Below, piece after piece: positions 50,875-60,236 of a DNA stretch of 64,000 nucleotides (position 1 is its first letter; every line of letters starts with the position of its first letter). Origin of the DNA: Gemmatimonadota bacterium (GTDB lineage Bacteria; Gemmatimonadota; Gemmatimonadetes; Gemmatimonadales; Gemmatimonadaceae). Both the position numbers and the translations under genes were made by a program. The notes beneath the pieces were generated by a model. It was not told where the DNA came from. It searched no databases and was given only the letters and a program-made list of their open reading frames with translations. The stretch is taken from positions 13,128-77,127 of the forward strand of contig JANMLN010000151.1 in assembly GCA_031372565.1 (NCBI GenBank), in the 5' to 3' direction.

Positions 50875-51663
50875 ATGCCCGACACCGTGACACCGTTCGG
50901 CCACGCGCTGCGCCGCTGGCGCGCGTCGCGCCGCCTCAGCCAACTCGACCTCGCGCTGCGCGCCGGCACGCCGCCGCGCCACGTCTCCTTCCTCGAGACC
51001 GGGCGCGCCCGGCCCACGCAGGCGATGGTGCTCCGACTGGCCGACGCGCTCGACGTGCCGCTGCACGATCGGAATGCGCTCCTCCGCGACGCAGGCTTTG
51101 CCGCGACATTCGACGAGCGCCCCCTCACCGACGAGGCGCTCGCGGCCGTGCGCGCGGTGATCGCGCGCCTCCTCGCCGCGCACGAGCCCTTTCCCGCCGT
51201 GGTGCTCGACCGCTGGTACGACGTGCTCGACGCGACCACCGGTGCGCGTGCGCTCTTTCTGGGTGGGGCCGCGCTGCCGGTCGCACCGCGGTTGAACCTC
51301 GTGACGCATCTGCTTGGCCCGCTGCGGTCCGCGCTCGTCAACTGGGAGGAGGTCGCGGTGGACGCGCTCTGGCGGCTCCGGCGCGAAGCGGGCGCTGCCC
51401 CCGACGACGAACGACTTGGCGCGCTGCTCGCCGAGCTCGAGCAGGTGGCCGGTCCGCTCGTGATGCCGCGTGGGAGTGTCGCGGCGTCACCCGTGCTGCT
51501 CGCGCGCCTGCGTTCGCCGTTCGGGGAGATCGCGACCGTGTCGACCATCGTGCACTTCGGTGGTGCGCGCGATGTGACCGTCGAGGGGCTGCGCGTGGAA
51601 CTCATCTATCCCGCCGATACCCGCAGCGAGGCGATCCTGAGGCGAATCGGGACCGAGACGTAG
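50875..51663 (+). CDS. XRE-family HTH regulator with MmyB-like ligand-binding domain
   Basis: LRRWR..RRLSQLDLA, RHVSFLETGRARP, L.AHEPFPA.VLDR.YD, NWEEV, DVTVE.LR.EL.YPAD. Confidence 0.92.
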   Translation: MPDTVTPFGHALRRWRASRRLSQLDLALRAGTPPRHVSFLETGRARPTQAMVLRLADALDVPLHDRNALLRDAGFAATFDERPLTDEALAAVRAVIARLLAAHEPFPAVVLDRWYDVLDATTGARALFLGGAALPVAPRLNLVTHLLGPLRSALVNWEEVAVDALWRLRREAGAAPDDERLGALLAELEQVAGPLVMPRGSVAASPVLLARLRSPFGEIATVSTIVHFGGARDVTVEGLRVELIYPADTRSEAILRRIGTET

Positions 51664-51677
51664 CGGGCTGTGCGCCG

Positions 51678-53054
51678 CTAGCGCCGCACGGCCCGCTGCT
51701 TCTGCCCACCCTGATCGAGTGTCAGCGCCATCGCGCCTGCCGTATCGCGCTCGAAGGTGACCTTCGCCGCCACGACCTTGAGATAGAAGCTGTTCGCTGA
51801 TTCCGCCCACAGTCGGAACTGTGATTGGCCCGTGAGCTGAGCGTACAACTTCCCGCCGATCTCACGAACAGTGATCACGGCCGTCGGCGCCAGCGGATAC
51901 TCGCCAACGTACGACTGCAGCGTTTCGGCGGAGAGCTGAACATCGGGCTGCGGTGGGGTGGGGAGCAGTGCGACCGTCGAATCCAGCAGGTGGAGCCCGA
52001 TATCGTCCACGCCGTTCGACGTGTTGGACCAGACCATGACGTTGGCCCCGGTGGCGGGGTCGAACCCGAAGAAGGTGCGAAAGCCGCCCGTGCCGCCATT
52101 GTGCCACACAATGCGTTGGCCATTCTGCTCGCGCACGTGCCATCCCAGCGCGATGCGCATGCTCGGATTCGTGGTTGGTCGTCGCGGTTCGATCGAGAAT
52201 GCGATCGCCTTGCCAATCGCGCTCGTGGACGGACGCGTCACCGCCTCGGCAAACCGCAGCATGTCGCGCGTCGTGGAGCGCAGAGCGCCCGCGCCGGCGA
52301 ACGTCGGCAGGTCCCACAAATAGTCCTCGTCGAGGTCGCCGTTGTGCGGCACCGCGACGTGTGCCATCTCGGCGGCCGGCAGGGTGATGACCGAGTGCTT
52401 CATACCGAGCGGCGCGAGCACGCGCTCGGTCAGCAGCGCCTCGTACGGCTTGCCGGCTCGCAGCGCCAGCACGTGGCCCAGGAGCCCCATGCCAAGGTTG
52501 GAGTACTCGTACAGGGAGCCGGGGTCTCGGCGCAGCGAATGCGACGACAGGAAGTCGTACAGCTGCTGCACCGTGTAGTCGGCGTACGGATTGCGCACGT
52601 CCTTCGGCGCCAGGTTGGACGGGAGCCGCGGCAGTCCCGAACTCGCCGTGGCGAGGTCGAGCAGCGTGATCTCCTTGCCGCCGCGGCTGGGCATCTTCAC
52701 CGTGGCCGGCAGGTACTTGGCCACGGGATCCTCGAGCGCCACCTCGCCCTTGAGCACCATGTCGGCCAAGAGGATGTTGGTGAAGACCTTGGTGATCGAC
52801 CCGATCTCGAAGTACGTCTCGCTGCCGAGTGGCGCGCCTGAACGTTCCGCGCCACCGAATGCGACGACGCGATCGCGCCCGTCGACGCGGCGCCCGACCA
52901 CGATGCCGGTGGCGTGCCCGTTGTTCACGCGATCGGTGATCCACCGGCGGATGGCGCTGTCGGTGGGCGCGCCCTGCGCGGGCGCCGAGGGCGCGAGGAG
53001 AAGCAGGAGCGCGATGGCGCGCAGCGCGGTGCGCCAAACGGTCGGCGATCTCAC
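51678..53054 (-). CDS. serine hydrolase (AmpC-like) with C-terminal DUF3471-like domain, exported
   Basis: SITK, SGLPRLP, YSN, WHNGGTGG; YVGEY.L...L.AQLTGQ...FYLKVV.A tail. Confidence 0.9.
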   Translation of the reverse strand: MRSPTVWRTALRAIALLLLLAPSAPAQGAPTDSAIRRWITDRVNNGHATGIVVGRRVDGRDRVVAFGGAERSGAPLGSETYFEIGSITKVFTNILLADMVLKGEVALEDPVAKYLPATVKMPSRGGKEITLLDLATASSGLPRLPSNLAPKDVRNPYADYTVQQLYDFLSSHSLRRDPGSLYEYSNLGMGLLGHVLALRAGKPYEALLTERVLAPLGMKHSVITLPAAEMAHVAVPHNGDLDEDYLWDLPTFAGAGALRSTTRDMLRFAEAVTRPSTSAIGKAIAFSIEPRRPTTNPSMRIALGWHVREQNGQRIVWHNGGTGGFRTFFGFDPATGANVMVWSNTSNGVDDIGLHLLDSTVALLPTPPQPDVQLSAETLQSYVGEYPLAPTAVITVREIGGKLYAQLTGQSQFRLWAESANSFYLKVVAAKVTFERDTAGAMALTLDQGGQKQRAVRR

Positions 53055-53217
53055 GAGAGGCTTCCTGGCGGGTGCGGGGGAGCGAGTCGGCGGATGACTG
53101 CCAAGCTAGCGCCACGAGAAGCGACGCGAGCCTGACGGGCGCAGCGCCCCGCGCCCCCTCCCCCTCATCGCCTCTCTACGGTATCGTCCTACGCATCCCC
53201 CGGCTCAGGAGCCCCGC

Positions 53218-55851
53218 GTGACACTGGTAACCGTCCGCGTCCGTGCGCTTCAGCGCATGAGCGCGCTCATCGCACTCGTCGCCGCGTCGCTGGCTCCCCG
53301 GCTCGCCGTGGCGCAGTGCCCCGACGGCTCTCCGCCACCGTGCTCGGCACGGGCGATCGCGCGCGCTGCGGTGGTGACGGTGCCGACGCCGTCGGAGCGC
53401 GCGCGTCGGTTCGTGATCCTGCCGTTCCGTAACGTCACGCGCCAGGCTGACCAGGAGTGGTTGGTCGAGGGCTCCACCACGATGCTCGTGGAGGCGCTGT
53501 CGCGGTGGAAGGGGATTTCCGTCGTCTCCGACGAGAAGCTGTATCCGGCACTCAAGCGGGCCGGCATGGGTGCCGGCTCCGTGGCCGACGCACCCAAGGT
53601 CCGTCGGATCGCGGAGGAGACGGGCGGCTGGACCGCCGTAACAGGTGAAGTGATCGCCACCGGTGGGCGCCTCCGCATTTCGGCGCGCGCCTGGGATGTC
53701 CCCACCAACAAGGAGTTGGTGCGCGCCACGAGCGAGGTCCCGGTCACGGGCGATGTCCGGCTTGCCTTCGACTCGGTCTCGCTGCGCCTGCTCCGTTCGG
53801 CCGGGGTGGATTCCATCTCGGCCGACATGCTGGCGAGCACATCACAGAACGTGGATGCCTATCGCGCCTATCTGCGTGGGCTGGCGTACAATCGCCGAGG
53901 CGAGATCAAGCTCGCGCTGGCGGCATTCGAGGAGGCCGTCAAGGCGGATACCGTCTTCGCGCTGGCGTGGGCCCGGCTCGCCGAAGCGCAGGTCTCGGCG
54001 GAGCCGCTGAGCATCCTCCAGCCCAACAGCAAGGCATCGCAGTCGTCGGCGCGCGCCGTCGCCCTGTCCGCCAAGCTTCCCGCCCGGGCGCGGCAACTCG
54101 TGCTGGCCAACGACGCGCAGTTCCGCGCGCAGTTCACCGATGTACGGACGATCCTGACGGCGCTGCATGCGGAGGACTCGACCGATGTGGAAGTGCTGGA
54201 GCAACTGGTCGGGATGGAGATGTTCGACCCCCTGCTGCAGCCCGTTCCCGGTGGCATGCGCCCGCGAGGCTCCCTCAACCGCGCGGCGCAGTACGCCAAA
54301 CGCGTCGTCACCCTGGACCCGGGGCGTCGACGGATCTTCGGTATGCTGGCGCAGATTTACTCGCAGGCGGGCATTCCTGGCGGCACCCCCGTCTTCGGCG
54401 CGATGACGACCGCCGCGTCGCTGCCCGAGTTTCTGCGGTCACTGTCCTCGCCGGGCAACTTGCGCGTGTACGCCGCCCTCATGATGGGGGACACCATCGG
54501 CCTCGTCCCGTCCGAATCGCTGTCGTTCGTGCCGAAGGACTCCCTCAAGGCGTTGCGCAAGACGGCCCGGGCCGCGTCGCGTGCCTGGAACGCGCGATGG
54601 ATCACGGCCAGTGGCGGCGAGGCGGCTCCGTACATGCTGGAGTCCGAGTTGGCCAATTATGATGGCGACTATCCCGCAGCGTTGCGCGCCGTGGCCAAGG
54701 CAGAGTCGCTGGGGGTGCAGAGCCCGGGGTGGGTTCCGTCCGCCCGACGCCTGTTGTTCCATGCCAAGGCGGGCCGGCACGTGGAGGCGATGCGTCTCGC
54801 CGACTCGCTGAATGGCGCGGGCTGGTTCAAGGCCGGCGTCAACCAGATGCAGAACGGCGACGTGATGGCGTGGGCGTGGGGACTGCAACTCATGTCGGGC
54901 CGATGGACCACGGCCGCGACCATGTACGACACCCGCGTCGCAGCAGTCCGTTTCTTCTCGCCAGAGTGTCCAGTTCCGACCCTCTGCGCATTGCGCGCGC
55001 TCATGGGGAACGAGGATCCCGACGACGAACCGCGGATCACGAAGGCATTCCGTCGTCAGGAGCTCGATACGTTGGCGGCACACATCGGTGACGTGACGTC
55101 GACGGGTTCGCTGGCCACGGTGGCCCCGGTGCTGCTGCCGATGCTGGCGGAGGCAGCGGATTCCTCGTCGCGGCCGTGGCCCGTCGTGATCCGGGCGGCG
55201 GAGCAATTGGCACAGCTCGGCCGCAACCAGTTGGCGTTTGATCTGGCGTCGAATGCCGTGCGCACCGATTCCACGCTCAGGCCGCGGTTTGCGACCGCAC
55301 CATGGTATCGCACGGGGACGGAGGCGATGAATGCGGCGAGGGAGGAGGCGCGCGCCCGCATGCATCCGGTGTCGGCGACGCTGGGCACCGATCGCATGAC
55401 GTTCGAATGGAAGATCGATGACGCAACGCCATTCACGCGCAACCGGACCGAGACGCCACCGGGACGCCCCGAGTACGTGTGGGAAGTGGCCCTGTCAGCG
55501 AACGGGCGCGGGTACGAGGCGCTCGTGACGGCGGGCTCGAAGGCGCCGGGTGCCGTACCCACGTCAGTGCCGCTGGCCGAGCTCGTGACTCCCAAGAGCA
55601 CCCGCGTCATCATCACGGGCAAGCTGAACGCGGCTGGCACGCTGACCGACACCACGGCGCTCCAGGGAAGCACGGTGCGTACCGAGCTCCAGCCCGGCGT
55701 CCTGCGCATGATCGTGAGCGACACGACGGTCCTCGGTTGGGTTCGCCGCGAGAAGCCGTCGCAGGTGGAGTTCCGCTTCTTCCCGTGCACCGAGCCGGTC
55801 GAGGCCGCTCGACAGTGTCTCAAGGAGAAGATCGCGATCCGCTATCCGTGA
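53218..55851 (+). CDS. large exported protein with N-terminal TolB_N/CsgG-like domain and TPR-like repeats
   Basis: Signal peptide ending AVA, then QCPDGSPPPC; VILPFRN..DQEWL.EG, DAYRAYLRG, AV..DT.FALAWARLA. Confidence 0.7.
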   Translation: MTLVTVRVRALQRMSALIALVAASLAPRLAVAQCPDGSPPPCSARAIARAAVVTVPTPSERARRFVILPFRNVTRQADQEWLVEGSTTMLVEALSRWKGISVVSDEKLYPALKRAGMGAGSVADAPKVRRIAEETGGWTAVTGEVIATGGRLRISARAWDVPTNKELVRATSEVPVTGDVRLAFDSVSLRLLRSAGVDSISADMLASTSQNVDAYRAYLRGLAYNRRGEIKLALAAFEEAVKADTVFALAWARLAEAQVSAEPLSILQPNSKASQSSARAVALSAKLPARARQLVLANDAQFRAQFTDVRTILTALHAEDSTDVEVLEQLVGMEMFDPLLQPVPGGMRPRGSLNRAAQYAKRVVTLDPGRRRIFGMLAQIYSQAGIPGGTPVFGAMTTAASLPEFLRSLSSPGNLRVYAALMMGDTIGLVPSESLSFVPKDSLKALRKTARAASRAWNARWITASGGEAAPYMLESELANYDGDYPAALRAVAKAESLGVQSPGWVPSARRLLFHAKAGRHVEAMRLADSLNGAGWFKAGVNQMQNGDVMAWAWGLQLMSGRWTTAATMYDTRVAAVRFFSPECPVPTLCALRALMGNEDPDDEPRITKAFRRQELDTLAAHIGDVTSTGSLATVAPVLLPMLAEAADSSSRPWPVVIRAAEQLAQLGRNQLAFDLASNAVRTDSTLRPRFATAPWYRTGTEAMNAAREEARARMHPVSATLGTDRMTFEWKIDDATPFTRNRTETPPGRPEYVWEVALSANGRGYEALVTAGSKAPGAVPTSVPLAELVTPKSTRVIITGKLNAAGTLTDTTALQGSTVRTELQPGVLRMIVSDTTVLGWVRREKPSQVEFRFFPCTEPVEAARQCLKEKIAIRYP

Positions 55852-57659
55852 CGGCGCCCTACGATCTTGCCAGCGACGAGCTCGCGCAGCGGTTGCAGCG
55901 GGCGCTCGGTGCCGAGTACGCGGTCGAGTCCCGGCTCGGTGCCGGCGGGTTCGCCAGCGTGTTTCTTGTGCGCGACGTGCGGCTCAAGCGCGCGCTCGCG
56001 GTCAAGGTGCTCTCGCCGGAGCTGGTGAGTTCGCCCACGGTGCGCGACCGGTTCCAGCGTGAGGCAGAGACGGTAGCCCAGCTGTCGCATCCCAACATCG
56101 TCCCGCTCTTCTTCGTGGGCCAGCAGGACGATCTCCTGTACCTCGTGATGGAGGCGGTTGGCGGCGGGAGTCTGGCCGACAAGCTCGAGCGCGAGGGGCG
56201 GCTCGGCGTGGAGGACGCGGCGCGCCTCTTTGCGGAGGTGGCCGGCGCGCTTGCGCACGCGCACAAGCGCGGCGTGATCCATCGCGACATCAAGCCGCAG
56301 AACATCCTCCTCGACGCCGAGTCGGGACGCGCGCTCGTCACCGACTTCGGCATCGCGCGCACGGTGGATGGCGGTTCGCTCACCGCCACCGGGATGGTGA
56401 TTGGCACGCCGCAGTATCTGAGTCCCGAACAGGTCATCGGCGAGCCCAGCGATCATCGCGCGGACATCTACGCGCTGGGCGTGATGATCTACGAGGTGCT
56501 CTCCGGCGCCGCGGCGTTTCAGGCGAGTTCGCCCACGGCCGCCATGATGAAGCGGCTGGCCGGGCCACCCGTGCCCATTCGGGAGGTGCGGCCCGACGTG
56601 CCCGAGGCGTTCGAGTCCGTGCTCATGGCCTGTCTCGCGACCGATCCCGCCGAGCGCGTGGCCACGGCAGGGGAGATCGTGCGGGCGCTGCACGGGCAAA
56701 TCTCGCTGCCGGGCATACCGCTCAGTGGTGGGCACACGGCGGTCGGCCGAACCGAATCAGCTGTCGTGGCCACCGGGGAGCAGCGCCGCGGAGTCGACGG
56801 CGTCGCTTCGGGCGAGCAGACACGCACCATCCCACGCGCTCGACAAACGGGTGCCCTTCGCCTGGTCATGGTGGCTGCTGTGCTCGCTACGGCGCTGGGC
56901 GTGTGGTGGTTCACGACGCAATCCGCGAAGGCGGGTTCGAGTCCGGTGGATTCCCTCGCGGCGTCCCTTCCGCCGGTGGACACGGGCATGGTGTTGATCG
57001 CCGCTGGCACCTATCCGATCGGGACGAACGACGGCCCCGCGGACACTCGGCCGCAACGCACGGTGTCACTGCCTGCCTTCGGCATGAGCCAGCACGAGGT
57101 GACCGTGGGTGAGTACCAGCGGTTCGTCGACGCGGGACGCGCGCCTGCGACGTGGCCTGCGGGCACTGACCTGCGCCTGCCCGTGACGGGGGTGGTGTTG
57201 GCGGAGGCAGCGGGCTACTGCGCGTGGCGGCACCCGGACGGTGGGCGGCTCCCCTCTGAAACCGAGTGGGAAGCGGCCGCGCGCGGCACGATCGGGCGCA
57301 CCTATGCGTGGGGCAATACGTGGAGCGCATCGGCCGCCAACGTGGACGCTGCGGCACGCCGTCCCGAACCCGTGGGGTCGCACCCTGCGGGACGTACGCC
57401 CGAGGGACTCGACGACATGATCGGCAACGTGTGGGAATGGACGTCATCGCCCTATACGGCCACGGGAATCGACGCGGTCGCGAGTGCGGACCAGTACGTG
57501 ATTCGCGGTGGCGCGTTCAACGCGTATCGGCAGGTGGCCACGACGACGTTCCGCGGGCGCGCGCGCTCTGCAGCGCAGCGATCCGATCTCGCGAGCACGG
57601 GGTTCCGCTGCGTCATGCCGACACGCCAGAACCGTGCGCCTGCCACCCCCACAGGCTGA
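55848..57659 (+). CDS. membrane Ser/Thr protein kinase with C-terminal FGE-sulfatase (SUMF1-like) domain
   Basis: LGAGGFASV, AVK, HPNIV, HRDIKPQN, DFG, GTPQYLSPEQ; one TM segment; HEVT, RLPSE.EWE.AARG, DMIGNVWEW, RGG, GFRC. GTGA overlap with the upstream gene. Confidence 0.92.
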   Translation: MTAPYDLASDELAQRLQRALGAEYAVESRLGAGGFASVFLVRDVRLKRALAVKVLSPELVSSPTVRDRFQREAETVAQLSHPNIVPLFFVGQQDDLLYLVMEAVGGGSLADKLEREGRLGVEDAARLFAEVAGALAHAHKRGVIHRDIKPQNILLDAESGRALVTDFGIARTVDGGSLTATGMVIGTPQYLSPEQVIGEPSDHRADIYALGVMIYEVLSGAAAFQASSPTAAMMKRLAGPPVPIREVRPDVPEAFESVLMACLATDPAERVATAGEIVRALHGQISLPGIPLSGGHTAVGRTESAVVATGEQRRGVDGVASGEQTRTIPRARQTGALRLVMVAAVLATALGVWWFTTQSAKAGSSPVDSLAASLPPVDTGMVLIAAGTYPIGTNDGPADTRPQRTVSLPAFGMSQHEVTVGEYQRFVDAGRAPATWPAGTDLRLPVTGVVLAEAAGYCAWRHPDGGRLPSETEWEAAARGTIGRTYAWGNTWSASAANVDAAARRPEPVGSHPAGRTPEGLDDMIGNVWEWTSSPYTATGIDAVASADQYVIRGGAFNAYRQVATTTFRGRARSAAQRSDLASTGFRCVMPTRQNRAPATPTG

Positions 57660-57664
57660 CGCAC

Positions 57665-58126
57665 ATGACCATCTGGAACGTGGACATCATGTGGGCGATG
57701 GTGCTCCTGGGCATCGCACTGTTCACGGGCGCGGTGCTCGTCTTTTCGCCGTCGCTGCGCGGCTTCCGCATCATGGGTATCGGGCTCGCGTACGTGACGG
57801 GTGCATGGATGGCCTGGGCGCTGAGCCCCGTGGTCGCGCTCACGACCTGGTGCGTGTTCGCGGCAGTCGGCGGCGTCGTGGCATTCGCGTACGAACTGTG
57901 GGCGCGCCGGCACTACGCCAACACCAGTCGCAGGCCGCGTCCGCTCATCATGCTGCAGGGGTTCATCCTCTGGCCGGCGCTCGTGCCGGAGGCCATCGAA
58001 GGGATGCTCGTGGACATGGGGGTGCTGTCGCCCAGTGGCGCGGCCGCGATCGCGCTCGAGATGGAGCGGACCGGACAGCATGCCGTCCCAACGTCGGTCA
58101 CGACACCCACCGACGTCACCCCCTAG
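57665..58126 (+). CDS. membrane protein
   Basis: Three to four hydrophobic segments; starts 5 nt after the kinase stop. Confidence 0.7.
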   Translation: MTIWNVDIMWAMVLLGIALFTGAVLVFSPSLRGFRIMGIGLAYVTGAWMAWALSPVVALTTWCVFAAVGGVVAFAYELWARRHYANTSRRPRPLIMLQGFILWPALVPEAIEGMLVDMGVLSPSGAAAIALEMERTGQHAVPTSVTTPTDVTP

Positions 58127-59169
58127 CCTCGCTTCGCCCGCGCGCGAGCCGTCGCACGCCGATGGTCGTGCACCGTGTCGCGCGGCGCCGCGGTCACCGC
58201 TGCACCAAGCCAGATCATGGAGGGGTTGATCACCAACCCGCTCGGGCGTACGGCCAGGCGCAGTGCATTTCCCTGCACGGGTACCGAGGTCTCCACCGCG
58301 ACCGGCAGGCGCAGCGGTCGGAAGAAGCGCTGCGGGATGTGCACGATGAAGCCGTTCTGCACGATGTCGATGACCTGCGTGAACGCGTGCGCGCGCCGCA
58401 CAAAGACGCCGCAGAGTCCGCCTGGTGAGTGGATCACCGTGTCGATCGCGGCCACCGAGGCGGGCGAGGGGACGATGCGCATCTTGATGGCCAAGTTGGG
58501 AAAGTGCGGGTCCGCCTCGAGCGCGCCTTCCTTGGCACTCAGTCGAACGAGACCGCGCACCACCGCCGTATCCGGCCGCAGGCGCCCTGACACGGTACGC
58601 ACGGCCTTGAGATTTCCGCACACCGGTCGCGCCACCCCCTTCGATGTCCACGTGAAGTGGAGTGTCGCCGACCCCTTCCCCTCCGCCATCACCGGCAGCG
58701 CGATCTTGATGGCGTCGCCACCAAAGGTGAGCTGGGGGAGGCCGGGCATGATCCGGCCGCGAATGTCGTCCAGGTGCATCGCCAGCGTGTACCAGCCGAC
58801 CTTGTGTTCGCCGAATGGGCCGATCGTGGCAAACACGCTGTCTTGCGTATGAATCACCACGTTCACGATATGCAGGTCGATCTCGTTGAACCATCCGGTG
58901 GCCGCGTCGTTGATGATCGAGCGCACGAACGATGTCGGCACGCCGATCAGTACGTCACCCTGCGGATGACCGGCGAACGGCCCACGTGTTTCGGACGAGA
59001 ACCAGAGACGGGCGCGCAAGGCGTCGCGTTCGATGGTGAGCATGGCGATGTCGGCAGCGACCTGCGCGGCGAGCGGGCGCGGTGACAGCAGACGGAACCG
59101 CCACGCCGTGATCCCGATGCCGAGCGCCAGGAGCGTCACGACCCCCGCGAGCGAGCGCCACCGCGTCAT
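58123..59169 (-). CDS. hypothetical protein with N-terminal anchor, short coiled coil and beta-rich body
   Basis: MTRWRSLAGVVTLLALGIGITAW; ATGA overlap with the upstream gene; no recognised catalytic motif. Confidence 0.65.
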   Translation of the reverse strand: MTRWRSLAGVVTLLALGIGITAWRFRLLSPRPLAAQVAADIAMLTIERDALRARLWFSSETRGPFAGHPQGDVLIGVPTSFVRSIINDAATGWFNEIDLHIVNVVIHTQDSVFATIGPFGEHKVGWYTLAMHLDDIRGRIMPGLPQLTFGGDAIKIALPVMAEGKGSATLHFTWTSKGVARPVCGNLKAVRTVSGRLRPDTAVVRGLVRLSAKEGALEADPHFPNLAIKMRIVPSPASVAAIDTVIHSPGGLCGVFVRRAHAFTQVIDIVQNGFIVHIPQRFFRPLRLPVAVETSVPVQGNALRLAVRPSGLVINPSMIWLGAAVTAAPRDTVHDHRRATARARAKRG

Positions 59170-59957
59170 GGCCGGGCCGCCCGATTGAACGCCGTCGGCT
59201 GCTGAAACACGTTCCTGGTGGCAGCGCTCTCTGCGGGCACCGAGCGGAACGGCGTGCGCGACACCTTGAGCATCACCCAGAGGCGGTCGCGAAACGCCAC
59301 CACCCGTGAGGTTGTCACACGCACATCGGATTGCGCGGCGGGCACCGCCACCGGGCCGTCGGGCCCGAATGCGGGCAACCGCACGGCGCGATCGAGACGC
59401 ACCGGCACGGCGACGGTCGGGAACGCGGCCGTGATCTCGGGCAGTCCCTGCCGCACGATGGCCCGCAGCACGCGCCACGTGGTCGCCACGCTGCCCGTCG
59501 TGTCGAGGTCCACGTCATCGAGTGAGAGCCGCGCACGCATCACCTGTCCCGTGTCGACGACCAGGCTGTCGAGTGCACCGCGCAGGTGCACCCCGGCCGA
59601 CACGCGCGGAAAGGCCGAACGCGTCGCCTGCCCGACCACGTCGATGCGCGCGACGTTGCCGCGGAACGCCACCGTTGCCCGGTCGAGCCGAACGGTGATG
59701 CCGGCAGCGATCGGCACCGACACCGGTAGCGTCGCATCGAGCAGCGACCGGAAGAGCGAATCCGACAGGCTCACGAGCATGATCGTGGAGTCGGTGATGC
59801 CTCCCGAGCGCATCAGTGGTGCCAGCGTGTGCAGGCCTGCAATCTCGCGACGCAGGTGCCCGCGTTCGATGAGTTGCTCCCGCGACGCACGCGGGTCACC
59901 ACAGGCCGCTGCGCCCAGCAGCGCCCCCCACCAGAGCGTTCGACGGACCGGGGACAT
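59166..59957 (-). CDS. hypothetical lipoprotein
   Basis: MSPVRRTLWWGALLGAAAC lipobox; alternating beta-strand patterns. Confidence 0.65.
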   Translation of the reverse strand: MSPVRRTLWWGALLGAAACGDPRASREQLIERGHLRREIAGLHTLAPLMRSGGITDSTIMLVSLSDSLFRSLLDATLPVSVPIAAGITVRLDRATVAFRGNVARIDVVGQATRSAFPRVSAGVHLRGALDSLVVDTGQVMRARLSLDDVDLDTTGSVATTWRVLRAIVRQGLPEITAAFPTVAVPVRLDRAVRLPAFGPDGPVAVPAAQSDVRVTTSRVVAFRDRLWVMLKVSRTPFRSVPAESAATRNVFQQPTAFNRAARP

Positions 59958-60236
59958 GCTGGAAGCTCGCCATTCGACAGGGCCCGCCTGCACGCCGGAA
60001 AGGCGTACGCGGGACTCACCCGTTGGTGTGATGCGACGGCTGGCGGGGAGCACGTCATCTCCTGCCGGACCCGATCGAGCCGTGTGCACGCACCGGCTAT
60101 CCGGTCGAACGGGGGCGAAGCGCGGTCAGCATGCAGCTGCGACACGCGGTCCGATGCCGATGTCGCGGTCAGCCCGTAGATTCGCGACGGTCGCCGAGCC
60201 CTGGGCCCGGCTGGAGCTCCCCGCATCCGCACTCCC

